Positions 53,801 through 63,558 of a DNA stretch of 64,000 bases are shown here, in pieces (the stretch's first letter is position 1; each line of letters begins with the position of its first letter). The DNA is taken from the NCBI GenBank assembly GCA_963666285.1, contig OY762711.1, one strand, 5' to 3'. The notes beneath the pieces were generated by a model. That model was not told where the DNA came from and did no database searches. It worked only from the letters and a program-made list of their open reading frames with translations. The position numbers were made by a program, and so were the translations under genes. Origin of the DNA: Sedimentisphaerales bacterium (GTDB taxonomy: Bacteria; Planctomycetota; Phycisphaerae; Sedimentisphaerales; SM23-30).

Positions 53801-56800
53801 ATAGACAATTGTATTGCTAGTGACAATGGAGGAGGGGTGTGCAATCAAGGAACAAATTGTTTAGTGCTGGATTCATCTATTTATGGTGGGACTGCAACGA
53901 GTAATGGTGGTGGCATATATTCAAGTGGAAGCATATCGTGCTCTGGTACAAGCATAGATAATAATAAAGCTATTGATGGAGCAGGAATATGGTCTTCAGC
54001 GGTTTTAGAATTAAGTGAATATTGTTCAGTAACTTCTAATGTTTCTTCTAGAAATGGTGGAGCTTTGTATAATAGTGGAAATGCAACAATAATTTCTTGT
54101 GAAATTAAAAATAATAGTGCAATAAATCAAGGCGGTGCATTATATACAAATGGGGAGCTTGATCTTATTGAATGTAATCAAGGTTTGGCTTTAGATAGTC
54201 AAAGTTATAGTTTTGTTAATGATTCTGAGGTTTGCATTACCGGTTCTAATGTTGGAAATGTTGATGCAGATGGTGCAACGTTATTTCTATCAGGGATAGT
54301 TAATCTTGGAAATAATAGTAGCTTTGATGATACTATCGTAAGTTTTCAATCTTTATCGCAGCTGTATTCTGGCTCTATAAGTTTATACAATTGTGATTTT
54401 GTGGGTGTAACAAGCTCAAATAATGTCATATTCTTAAATCCATCATCCAAGTTGATATTAAGAAATGGGGATGATCCAATATGTAATTTTAATAATGTAG
54501 ATATAAGAGTTAAGGTGGGTACAATTGCAAATTGGCCAGACATTCGGGTTGAATTGGGAGCTCAATTAGCTTTAAATTCTTCAGTTATAAATTTGAGTGG
54601 TTATGGTGATGATGAATGTTATATTGGTGATGGGCGAACTGTTGGTAAAATTAATATTTATGGTGAGATATCTGTTGGTGATAATTCTAAAGTTCATGCT
54701 GCAGATATAAATGTTTATTCATTAGAGATGGATGGGAAACAAAAAAATAATAAATTGAATATCTTGGAAAGTAGTACTGGTTATGGCGGTCAATTTTATG
54801 TGCGGAATAATAGTGAAATTACTTGTAATTATATTGTTTCAGAAGGTGACAGATATTTAGACTTTAATCCAGACCCAAGTGATCAAGTTTTGCCGATAAT
54901 TGAAGATAATGTTATTGATATAATATTTAAAGAGAGACAATTATCTGAGTATGGTACTATTCTTGAATTAAGGGCAGGTGATTATACCGATGAAGGCATT
55001 AGAAATGGATTTGAAAATCTATCTGGGGCACACAGATTATCGGAGTTTCCTGTATTTGAAAGTTGCTATGCAGACAATTGGGTTATTAACCAGATGGTTT
55101 TGAAAAGTGGGTTTGATAATAATAGGTTTATGGCAGCTAAAGTTAATTTAACAAATCGCCAAGGTTTTGATTTTCACCATGAAAAGATTAATGACATTGA
55201 TCCGGCAAATCGTCTGGATACAATTTATGTTAATGACTTAATCATGTATCCTGATACAGTGCTTAATACAGGGTTGCAGACTCTTTATTATAAAAACCTC
55301 ACATTGGTTGATGAATATGGGTGTGAAGTTGAAACTAATCCTTCGTTTTCAGTAGGTGAAGAGATGCAAAATGGTAGTAAAATTGAAGATGTACCGATGC
55401 TTGGTTTCTCGCTTGCAGTAATAGAAATGGATGATCAAGAAGAATTTGAAGCAAGAGTTCGTACCGGAGTTAGTGTTGATGGAGATGGGGAAGCAATAAG
55501 AGATTCTGAAAATGATGTAGCTTCTGGAGTAATGTTGATGAGTGCAAGTAAAGGTGAACTTTATGCAAAAGGAGCATTTGCTAGGGCAGGTGAAGAAGAT
55601 ATTCTTGTGCAGTTTGATTACAAGTTTGGTGTTGGCTGTAATAAAGATACTGAGCTTCTAGTTTACATGAGTGATGAACCAAAGGTGATATTAAATGGTC
55701 GAGAAGAAGGAAATTGGATCAAGCACCATAAGATTCTTGCAAAAATAATTCCGGCTAAAGATGGACGGCCAGGGTCTGTGAAAGGTGAAGAATATGGAGT
55801 CTTTTCTGGAGTATTCAAAAAGGGCCAGTTGAATTTCAGGTCTGGTACATTTATAGAGCTAGTTTTGAAAAATGGAGGAAAGGTTCGGATTGATAATTGG
55901 GATCCCAAGGTAGAATGCTTCAGTGGTACTTGTGGTGATTATGCTGGCTGGTATGCTGGAACTGAAAATGCAACTGAAATGACCGACTATTTATTGCTTT
56001 TGTCTGAAATAGGATTATTAGATCCATCATCTCATGATAAGGGTTGTCTTGACTTATTTCACGATGGTGTTGTTTCAGTTAATGATGCGATGTATTGGGG
56101 TACTCCAAATATGAAATGTGAACAACAGGAGTTGCAAAATATTTTATACTCATTTTCTCCATTGGAAACTACATTTGAGAATCAGGATGAACCAAATTAT
56201 TATGATCCCAATAATAATTATCCTGTATTAATTAGTGGTATTCCTGCAAATCCTGATATTAGTAATAGCCAAAGTGTCAAGGGTGAAATTTATGGCACAT
56301 TTTCCGGCGGAGATTTATTTTATCAAAAGAAATCTATAGCTGCAGGTCAATTTGTTTCCAATTCTTTAGGAGAGGTTTACCAGGTGGGTGCCGAAGGGAT
56401 TGTAAATTGTGCAAATGGTAAATATCTTGTTAAAGCTAATTCTTTTGATGGCGATATAATTGCCGATGATATTTTGACCGTTGATGTTGGTTTAATTTCA
56501 AATGGTGGTAGTGTTTTGTGTGACGCTGAATTTGCAGAAAATAGAATTGATGAGTTATATGTTGTACCTGTTGTGGTTAATACCAACACCGGAAGTTATA
56601 AAGCTGCAGCACGCTTGGTATTCAACAGTGAAGAAGACTACTATGTGGACGCTGTTTATGGGGTTAATCAATGTTATGATCCAAATGCCTATATGACAGA
56701 TCCTAATCAGCCTAGTATTAATCAAGAGCAAACAGTGTTTCTTTATGAACCACTAAATTCGGCAAATGTTGTTTTTGAGCCTGATTATCAAAGGGTGCGT

Positions 56801-57592
56801 GAGGTCGAAATTGATTCTATGGGTAATATATATTTGCTGACTAGTCATTATCTTAATAATAATAACTGGATATTGAAGTTTGCTAATGATGGTGCATTGA
56901 TTGAGAGAAAAGACTTAACAGTATGTGGTGTTACTTCTCCAAATGCTATGACAATTTGTAAAACAAAAACAGGCGAAGAAAGGATGTTTCTCTCAAGTTC
57001 TGTTGGGTATACAAGTATAGATCCTTGTAGTTTAGAAGTTGAATTGTATAGCTTCGGACTTGAACGGTTTGGGGAAGCTTTGCCCGTTGTCTCTAATATA
57101 TCATGCCCGGCTCCTGATGTTAGCGGTATAGATTATATTGATCATTATTCTGCGTTTGTTACTTCTATTGCTCAAGAGGAAAGTTCCTTAAATATTTATG
57201 TTGTTGGGTATACGGCACCGAAATTTAAGGAAGATATTGAATGGAGTGATATTTCCTTAAAAGAGGTATTTACAAGTGCTTTTCTTGCCGAGATTTCTTC
57301 TATTGATGGTGTAACCGATGCAGGTGGTTTAATTTATGAAGTAATGAGTATTGATCGAAGTAAGATACGTTTTCCATTGTCAATCAGATGTGTATCTCAG
57401 ATTGATGTTGAAGAATGCTCTTATAGCGACCTAAACCATGATGGTTACATTAATATGCTTGATTTTGCAGAGTTTTCTAAATACTGGCTTGATAATAACA
57501 CTCTGGCAGATATTTTGCCATATCCGTATAGTGATAATATTGTTGATGTATTGGACCTTAAAGAGCTGATAAGGTGTTGGCTTAAAGAATAG
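50819..57592 (+). CDS. 2257-aa secreted protein: thrombospondin type-3 repeats, GGAI beta-helix, dockerin-like C-terminus
   Basis: DNCP...QxDxDGDGxGDACDDDxD repeats; GGGIY/GGAIY/GGALY repeats; SDLNHDGYINMLDFAEFSKYWL. Confidence 0.85.
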   Translation: MIMTSGYQKRIVIKLVMLVLLFTSINSMAGWVEITKDLYAYDINSSGKWENDSYAKGDNDQFAKNDADTEWLKVASFENLDISSTTIIKRVAINVSCRYDNGTSGYIVGKLRVPLAGYEGPELLSNNFTTSNYEFALRMGGNADVTNAVAWNEARLRDIRYWVRRKGLNNNNTPLRIKCIRLRVVCDMPDWDNDGIPDEDDPDDDNDGLLDQNDDCPKEYHPGDNDGDHICDYHDTDDDNDGIPDISDNCPWHKNSRQNDWDGDGQGDACDDDDDNDGIKDSKDIYPYDYDNDGVKDDVDNCPYNSNTEQKDYDEDGQGNACDADDDNDGIPDEDDPYLRDEDNDGYSKSEDNCRWIYNPDQSDLDRDGQGDACDDDIDGDGIPNGSDPLPYDFDNDGVPASSDNCPTVYNPDQWDFDGDGKGFACDDDIDDYFYAEAISAAGAWQNKDAVVGKPKTEVCNVSPPTYAYNEDGSDETYLIATRFEEIPDLPVGLAIKAIKVNVLCRYDSGTVGHVKVSVQVPGDRVLVFDSPAFTSSDDCDWVMSQVNITDYVAFDFVRLNSLQIGVRRNANTNNSTLRVKGVRIKVIIEPDADFDGVGDSVDNCMYTANVEQYDLDNDSVGDACDDDIDGDGIANNSDTFPFDFDNDGFNDWVDNCPKEFNPEQIDRDGDGKGDLCDNTPFDMKPLYATLIHANPGWEYGNEATGEPATMKCDSENDTPHYAINSNDGDNYDNALTAIDFDELVLPEGSAIDNVYVDILCRYDKYTTTSGQIEVECIIEDSTCGESDKKVTVSIGNPNSEGDCEWFTSRIEISRLINGESGRVNKLRVKVRKLEANNTLRVKAFRVDVQVTEGLVYNETKGAWYAKIQQAINHAENYSVIKVKKGTYYQSIDFSPCEEGVGKSLHLEAIEEGCIIDASGEDKPVISLKDNGCAGSVIKGFELVNGNAVSDGGGIYCAAGDVLIQDCIFASCKAGRNGGAIYIQGNGVIVKNCIIDNCIASDNGGGVCNQGTNCLVLDSSIYGGTATSNGGGIYSSGSISCSGTSIDNNKAIDGAGIWSSAVLELSEYCSVTSNVSSRNGGALYNSGNATIISCEIKNNSAINQGGALYTNGELDLIECNQGLALDSQSYSFVNDSEVCITGSNVGNVDADGATLFLSGIVNLGNNSSFDDTIVSFQSLSQLYSGSISLYNCDFVGVTSSNNVIFLNPSSKLILRNGDDPICNFNNVDIRVKVGTIANWPDIRVELGAQLALNSSVINLSGYGDDECYIGDGRTVGKINIYGEISVGDNSKVHAADINVYSLEMDGKQKNNKLNILESSTGYGGQFYVRNNSEITCNYIVSEGDRYLDFNPDPSDQVLPIIEDNVIDIIFKERQLSEYGTILELRAGDYTDEGIRNGFENLSGAHRLSEFPVFESCYADNWVINQMVLKSGFDNNRFMAAKVNLTNRQGFDFHHEKINDIDPANRLDTIYVNDLIMYPDTVLNTGLQTLYYKNLTLVDEYGCEVETNPSFSVGEEMQNGSKIEDVPMLGFSLAVIEMDDQEEFEARVRTGVSVDGDGEAIRDSENDVASGVMLMSASKGELYAKGAFARAGEEDILVQFDYKFGVGCNKDTELLVYMSDEPKVILNGREEGNWIKHHKILAKIIPAKDGRPGSVKGEEYGVFSGVFKKGQLNFRSGTFIELVLKNGGKVRIDNWDPKVECFSGTCGDYAGWYAGTENATEMTDYLLLLSEIGLLDPSSHDKGCLDLFHDGVVSVNDAMYWGTPNMKCEQQELQNILYSFSPLETTFENQDEPNYYDPNNNYPVLISGIPANPDISNSQSVKGEIYGTFSGGDLFYQKKSIAAGQFVSNSLGEVYQVGAEGIVNCANGKYLVKANSFDGDIIADDILTVDVGLISNGGSVLCDAEFAENRIDELYVVPVVVNTNTGSYKAAARLVFNSEEDYYVDAVYGVNQCYDPNAYMTDPNQPSINQEQTVFLYEPLNSANVVFEPDYQRVREVEIDSMGNIYLLTSHYLNNNNWILKFANDGALIERKDLTVCGVTSPNAMTICKTKTGEERMFLSSSVGYTSIDPCSLEVELYSFGLERFGEALPVVSNISCPAPDVSGIDYIDHYSAFVTSIAQEESSLNIYVVGYTAPKFKEDIEWSDISLKEVFTSAFLAEISSIDGVTDAGGLIYEVMSIDRSKIRFPLSIRCVSQIDVEECSYSDLNHDGYINMLDFAEFSKYWLDNNTLADILPYPYSDNIVDVLDLKELIRCWLKE

Positions 57593-57856
57593 CGTGTCCA
57601 CTTTACAAACTCACAACGGGTACTTTACCGAACGGAAACGAATAATTCGCTGTCGCTCACAACTTATTCTAAAGCTGAAACATATGTTCGTTTAGTTTGA
57701 AACTGCTGTAATATTTAGATTTGCAATTACTTATGAATGGCATCTGTAAAACGATACATAAAAAACAAGAATACGATGGATAGTAGTGCTGATAAGAATT
57801 GATATGATATTTTGACGACTGTGAAAAGGGCGAAAAACACGAAATATGAGGTAAGA

Positions 57857-58552
57857 GTGAAGATACTAAGTTTTGATATTGAGATATCTGATATTTTTGA
57901 TCTGAAGCCGGGCGAGGATATTGAGAAGTATGCTCCGTTTCATATATCGGTGGCATCGACGGCGATACCGGGCGGTGAAGAGAAGGTATGGTATTCGGAA
58001 GGTGATGATGGTGTGCCGTTGAAGACTGTTAGCAAAGAACTGGCTAATGATTTACTGGTGTACCTGGAAAAGATGCAAAATGAAGGGTATATGGTGTGTG
58101 CGTGGAATGGTTTGAAGTTTGATCTGCAATGGATAGGTTATAATGCCGGGAATTTTGAGCTGGCGCAAAAGGTGGCGTTGCGATCATACGACCCTATGTT
58201 TCAGTTTTTTAATGCGAGAGGGTTTCCGGTTGGGCTGGGGGCGGTGGCAAAAGCGTTGAGGATTAACCAGGAAAAGCTGATGACAGGTGATAATGCCCCG
58301 ATAGAATGGGAGAGGGGGAATTATCAGCTGGTGATGGATTATGTTTTAGGTGATAGCCAGATTACTAATAAGATAGTTAGTGAGATTATCAATAGAAAAT
58401 CGATATCGTGGGTTACTAAGGCAGGGAAGGTCAGCAGTGAGTGGATTGGAAAGCTAAAGACAGTTGAGCAGGTGATAAAAGAGCCGGGACCGGATCAGTC
58501 GTGGATGAGTACGCCGATGAAGAAGGAAAGTTTTTATAGCTGGTTTCGGTAA
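57857..58552 (+). CDS. RNase H-like / DEDD 3'-5' exonuclease-fold protein
   Basis: ILSFDIE, AWNGLKFDL, DYVLGD; GTG start after GAGG. Confidence 0.7.
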   Translation: MKILSFDIEISDIFDLKPGEDIEKYAPFHISVASTAIPGGEEKVWYSEGDDGVPLKTVSKELANDLLVYLEKMQNEGYMVCAWNGLKFDLQWIGYNAGNFELAQKVALRSYDPMFQFFNARGFPVGLGAVAKALRINQEKLMTGDNAPIEWERGNYQLVMDYVLGDSQITNKIVSEIINRKSISWVTKAGKVSSEWIGKLKTVEQVIKEPGPDQSWMSTPMKKESFYSWFR

Positions 58553-58585
58553 AGAAAAATGTTTTTTAGTAGAACCACTGATAAG

Positions 58586-60126
58586 CTATGGTAACCGGAG
58601 CCTCCCGGTTAATTCAGGATCGAGTATAATATAATACGACGTCCTATTTTAAACGTGCTCGAAGCACAAACAATAAACCTTATTGGAGGCCCCAGTTATG
58701 ATTAAGTATATCGGATTAGATATGGATAGCAAGAAAACAGTTTCAATGGTATATGAAAATGGTACAGAGAAGTACGCGACATTACCTCCTGACATTGGCA
58801 GTTTGCAAGATTTTTTGATAAAGCATAAGTCTAAGAAGAATAAGGTATTTGTGGCGTTTGAGGTTAGCGGTTTGGCCGGTTGGATATATGATCAGATAGT
58901 TGACCTGGTGGATGAAGTGAAGGTAGTGAATCCCACCAAAGCTACCTGGATATATCGTACCAATAAGAAAAACGATCGAATAGATGCGCGTAAGATGGCA
59001 ATTTTGTACAGTATTGATGAATTGCCAAGTGTTTATATGCCAGATAAGGCGGTAAGGCAATGGCGTCAGATGATATTGCATCGCCAGAAGACGGTACGTA
59101 AAGTTGGTCAGACCAAGAATCAGATAAGAGCGTTGATAAAGAGCAATGGCTATTTAGTGCCAGAGCATAAAGGCACCTGGTGGAGCAAGAAGAATCGAGT
59201 CTGGATGGAGAGCTTAACAAAGTCAAAAGAAGATGTACTGTGGAGTCTTCAGTTGGAAGATTTACTTGAACAGTTAAAATTACTGGAGAATCAAAGAGAT
59301 AAGATAACAGCCAGACTGGATGAGAAGATAAAAGATAATCCTGGAGCTGAATTATTGATGAGTATTCCCGGGGTTGGTCCAAGGACAGCTGAGGCGATGC
59401 TTGCTTATACAGATGATATAGACAGGTTTAGTAACTATAAGCAATACAGTGCCTACTTTGGCTTAACGCCAAAGCTGGATGAGAGCGGTTCGACTCGCAG
59501 ATTGGGACATATCAGCAAGCATGGTCCGCAGGTAGTGCGATGGGCATTATGTGAGTCAAGCTGGCGTGTTGTGAGGTTTTGCCCGGCGATAAGGCAGTTT
59601 TATGAGCGGGTCATGGCCGGTCAGGACGGCAGGAAAAAGATAGCGATAGTTGCGGTAGCACGTAAGTTAACATCGATAATGAGAGCCATGTTGAAGACAG
59701 GCGAGATGTTTAACGCAGAAATGATAAATCAGGCTGCATAGAAGACAATATAATAAAGGCTGAGCGACTATGCCGTAAGATCCCGGTGAATGTCAATTGA
59801 AGTTTAAGTTTACTTAAAACCTCGTCACGAAGAATGGGAGTTATGGTCTGTATAAAGTTTAATGTGCCGCCGAATAAGGTGAGTACGAATAGGAGGTTAG
59901 GTCGTTGAATGCCTGCCAAAAGCAGCTCAGTTAATAAAATATGAGGCCTCTGCCTCAGCTCAAAAGCTAACAGGGTTAGCCCCTGTAACTTCTTACGCCA
60001 TCGGCATCAGCCCATGTTTGGGTGAGAGCTGACGCCGAGGCGACGAAGCTACAGGGGCAAAAACCCAGGAAATTTGATAAAAATGTAAAAAAGAAGAAAA
60101 ACAACTTGAAATGCTCCGGTTCATAG
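58586..60126 (+). mobile_element. IS110-family element, IS1111 type
   Basis: Sub-terminal IR aaccggagc 58593-58601 / gctccggtt 60113-60121; AG core at both junctions; ~385-nt 3' non-coding region. Confidence 0.8.
58698..59741 (+). CDS. IS110-family DEDD recombinase/transposase
   Basis: YIGLD, FEVSG, KNDRIDA, SIPGVG, YFGLTP..ESG, GHISKHG, VAVARKL. Confidence 0.93.
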   Translation: MIKYIGLDMDSKKTVSMVYENGTEKYATLPPDIGSLQDFLIKHKSKKNKVFVAFEVSGLAGWIYDQIVDLVDEVKVVNPTKATWIYRTNKKNDRIDARKMAILYSIDELPSVYMPDKAVRQWRQMILHRQKTVRKVGQTKNQIRALIKSNGYLVPEHKGTWWSKKNRVWMESLTKSKEDVLWSLQLEDLLEQLKLLENQRDKITARLDEKIKDNPGAELLMSIPGVGPRTAEAMLAYTDDIDRFSNYKQYSAYFGLTPKLDESGSTRRLGHISKHGPQVVRWALCESSWRVVRFCPAIRQFYERVMAGQDGRKKIAIVAVARKLTSIMRAMLKTGEMFNAEMINQAA

Positions 60127-60340
60127 GATGGATACGGATTTAAGAATTGATATGATAGTTTTACGACCACGAAAAGGGCGAAAAGACACGAAAAAACTGT
60201 TTTTGGGATTTTTGCTGGATTATTGTGAGTTTGGTGTTAAAATCGAGTGTGTGTAGTAGTTAATGGCAGGGAAGAATGTCTGTGCCGATAGCTATGATAT
60301 ATTGGGTAATTGTGGTAATTTGAAAAAGAAAGGTAAGGTT

Positions 60341-61168
60341 ATGGCTAAGATTGCAAAGAAAGTAAATGAAAGATTTTTAAAGTCGGTAAGTAAATTTCAG
60401 AAAGTCTTACAAATTGCAAATGATCGGGATGTCAATGAGTCTGATACAGTTTCTATTTTGACAGATATTTTTAGTGAAGTATTTGGTTATGATAAGTATC
60501 TTGAAATTACAAGAGAGTTTGCGATCAGGAATACTTATTGCGATCTAGCGTTGGTAGTAGACGAAAAAGTTCAATATCTAATTGAGGTTAAAGCCATTGG
60601 AATTCAATTAAAAGATGACCACATGCGGCAGGCTTTAGATTATGGTGCTAATCATGGTATTGAATGGATTATCCTGACAAATGGTATTGAATGGAAAATC
60701 TATAAAATTAGATTTGAGAAGCCAATAAACTATGATGTTGTCTGTTCGTTTAATTTTATGGATTTGAGTGCCAGATCTGATAAAGATCAGGAACTGTTAT
60801 TTATTATTGCCAAAGAAGGTTTAGTTAAAAATACTCGTAAAGAATATCTAGAAAAAACTCAAACCTTGAATCGATTTATTATTGGCGGGCTGATTTTTAG
60901 TGAACCTGTTCTTAATTCTATTAGAAAAGAACTTCGGAAGTTGTCAGATGGTATGAATGTTAATGTGCAGGATATTGAGAATATCATTAAAAATGAAGTT
61001 CTTAAACGGGAGATAGTTGAAGGTGATGATGCCAAGACCGCTATGTCCAGGATAAATCGATTCTATAAAAAAATGAATAAGGAAGCTCAAAAGAAGAAGG
61101 TTAAAGAGGTGAGTGAAGTGAAGGAAGGTGATACTGTTACTGAGGGTGAGGGGAAGGTGTTAGAGTAA
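60341..61168 (+). CDS. Stand-alone HsdR N-terminal-like PD-(D/E)xK nuclease
   Basis: NESDT, FGYD, CDLAL, LIEVK, QALDY, ILTNGIEW. Confidence 0.78.
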   Translation: MAKIAKKVNERFLKSVSKFQKVLQIANDRDVNESDTVSILTDIFSEVFGYDKYLEITREFAIRNTYCDLALVVDEKVQYLIEVKAIGIQLKDDHMRQALDYGANHGIEWIILTNGIEWKIYKIRFEKPINYDVVCSFNFMDLSARSDKDQELLFIIAKEGLVKNTRKEYLEKTQTLNRFIIGGLIFSEPVLNSIRKELRKLSDGMNVNVQDIENIIKNEVLKREIVEGDDAKTAMSRINRFYKKMNKEAQKKKVKEVSEVKEGDTVTEGEGKVLE

Positions 61169-61316
61169 TTGTGTGTAATATCTAGTGCATAAGAAAATGG
61201 TATTTATAGGGCATTTAGAATGAAGGATTGTCAATCCCGGAATTTTCACCATGGATTGGTAAATATTATATTTAAGTCTGGTAAATAATTTGAGTTATAT
61301 TAAAGGAGATTCTGGT

Positions 61317-63050
61317 ATGATGTTTTACTGCGGACCATACGAAGAAACATACACTTCAACAGGAAAACTGTCTGGTTATAGGGTAAGAGTTAAACATACC
61401 GGATTGAATGAATATAAATATCTATCTGCAAGGGACAAAGATGTTCTTGAAGGTAAAATTGATAATCAGAAGAAAAACTGGGAGAACAAATGGCAAAGAC
61501 ATCTTGAAAGATTAGAAAAAGAAAAAGAGTTGCAGGCTAAGTTAGAGTGTGAGCAGTTAGCTGGCGAAAAAACTAAACAGGCAAAAGAATCAATTCAGCA
61601 AATTGAAAACATATTACTTTATACATTAGACATTGATGATGCAGTTGATTGGGATTCAATAAAGAACACAACACCGTTTAAGATTGAGAATCTAAAACAT
61701 GAATTTCTCATTTTTAGGGAATATGATGGATATCCACTTGGTGCAACTAAATTAGACATTCCTTTCATGCCAGAAAAAATTGATTACATTAAATCAATAC
61801 CATTCTTTAAAATGATTATTGGACAAAGGGGAAAAATCAGGGCGGAACAAGAAACTCAATTTTATAAGGCGACAAAAGCATGGGAAAAAGAAAAAAGTGC
61901 TATTGAAGAAGAAAATGCGAAAAGAGATAAAGCTGTTATTGTGGTTCAGGATAGGTGGGAAGCAGAAAAAAAGAAATATGAGGATAAACAAGCTGCTTTC
62001 AATCAAAAAGTTGAATTTTTAAAAAAATCATATGAAGATAAAAACGCTGATGCCATAAAAGAATATTGTGAGATCGTATTAAATAACTCAGAATATCCAG
62101 ATTCGTTTCCGAAAGATTTTGACCTTCAGTATAACCCAGAAAACAAAATGCTGCTGGTTGACTATCAATTACCTTGCTTGAATGACATACCTAAACTTAA
62201 CGTGGTAAAATATGTTAAGTCGAGGGATGATTATGAAATTAAATATTTAAGTGAATCCGCACACTGTAAACTATTTGATTCAGCAATATATCAGATAGCA
62301 TTAAGAACGATCCACGAGCTTTTTGAGGCAGACGTTATTAATGAGATATCTGCGGTTAATTTCAACGGAATAGTAACTGATGTTAATCCCGCAACAGGAC
62401 ATGAAGAGTCAAAATGTATTATATCGGTTCAAGCCCAAAAAGAACCATTTTTGCAAATCAATCTGGCACAAGTTGACCCAAAACAATGTTTCAAATCATT
62501 AAAAGGTGTTGGTAGTTCCAAGTTAAGCTCCATGACGGCAGTAAGTCCAATTATGGAGATAGATAAAAGAGATAGACGTTTTGTTGAACATTATGCTGTT
62601 GCTTCAGAAATAGATGACACATGCAATTTAGCTGCTATGGGCTGGGAAGACTTTGAACATTTGGTCAGGGAGATTTTCGAAAAAGAATTTGTTGAGCAAG
62701 GTGGTGAGGTAAAAGTGACGCGAGCGTCTTCAGATGGAGGAGTGGATGCGATTGCATTTGATCCAGATCCTATTCGAGGAGGTAAAATTGTTATCCAGGC
62801 CAAACGATATACAAATACTGTCGGAGTATCAGCTGTTAGAGATTTGTATGGAACGGTAATGAGTGAGGGGGCGACAAAAGGAATACTTGTTACCACAGCG
62901 GATTATGGTCCCGATTCATATGAGTTTGCCAAAGGGAAACCTCTAACATTGCTTAATGGATCTAATTTGTTATTTCTTTTAGAAAAACATGGCCATAAAG
63001 CAAAGATAGATATTAAAGAAGCAAAGAAAATATTGAAGGATAAAGTATAA
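61317..63050 (+). CDS. Mrr-family restriction endonuclease with long coiled-coil N-terminus
   Basis: WEDFEHLV, DGGVDAI, IQAKRY, VRDLYG, KGILVTT. Confidence 0.85.
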   Translation: MMFYCGPYEETYTSTGKLSGYRVRVKHTGLNEYKYLSARDKDVLEGKIDNQKKNWENKWQRHLERLEKEKELQAKLECEQLAGEKTKQAKESIQQIENILLYTLDIDDAVDWDSIKNTTPFKIENLKHEFLIFREYDGYPLGATKLDIPFMPEKIDYIKSIPFFKMIIGQRGKIRAEQETQFYKATKAWEKEKSAIEEENAKRDKAVIVVQDRWEAEKKKYEDKQAAFNQKVEFLKKSYEDKNADAIKEYCEIVLNNSEYPDSFPKDFDLQYNPENKMLLVDYQLPCLNDIPKLNVVKYVKSRDDYEIKYLSESAHCKLFDSAIYQIALRTIHELFEADVINEISAVNFNGIVTDVNPATGHEESKCIISVQAQKEPFLQINLAQVDPKQCFKSLKGVGSSKLSSMTAVSPIMEIDKRDRRFVEHYAVASEIDDTCNLAAMGWEDFEHLVREIFEKEFVEQGGEVKVTRASSDGGVDAIAFDPDPIRGGKIVIQAKRYTNTVGVSAVRDLYGTVMSEGATKGILVTTADYGPDSYEFAKGKPLTLLNGSNLLFLLEKHGHKAKIDIKEAKKILKDKV

Positions 63051-63558
63051 TCAACATATAGTTGATTTTTTCCGTTACTTAATGAAATCTGACTGTATCT
63101 CAATAAGACTTATAAATAATTATTTAACAGTTTATATGACATATAAGGCGTTTTATGAAAATTGGAATAAGAAAACCTTCGGTAAAAAAATAATCAAAGC
63201 TAGAACAACAGGAAAATTAAAAAGGAAAGTTAAAAAAAGTATTAATCCACTGCTGTGATGATGTAGGGTTGCGGATAATAATGGGACATATAGGACGTAT
63301 AAGACGTATAGGAAAATAGTAAGGAAGAATGGTGGGAAAGTCTGTAGGGCGGTTAGGACGATTGGGACAGTCAGGGCGGATGGTTGCAGGTAATGCATGG
63401 TTATGGTAGTAGCAGTTAGTGGAGAAGGTTGCTGATCGTGCTTGATATATATATGCCGAGCTCCGCCTGAGGCGGATTTCATTCAGCTCGGCGTTCCCAG
63501 GTTTACCAGCCGATGTACATGGCAGGTGGAATTAGGTCGAAAGTGATGGTATAAGTAA

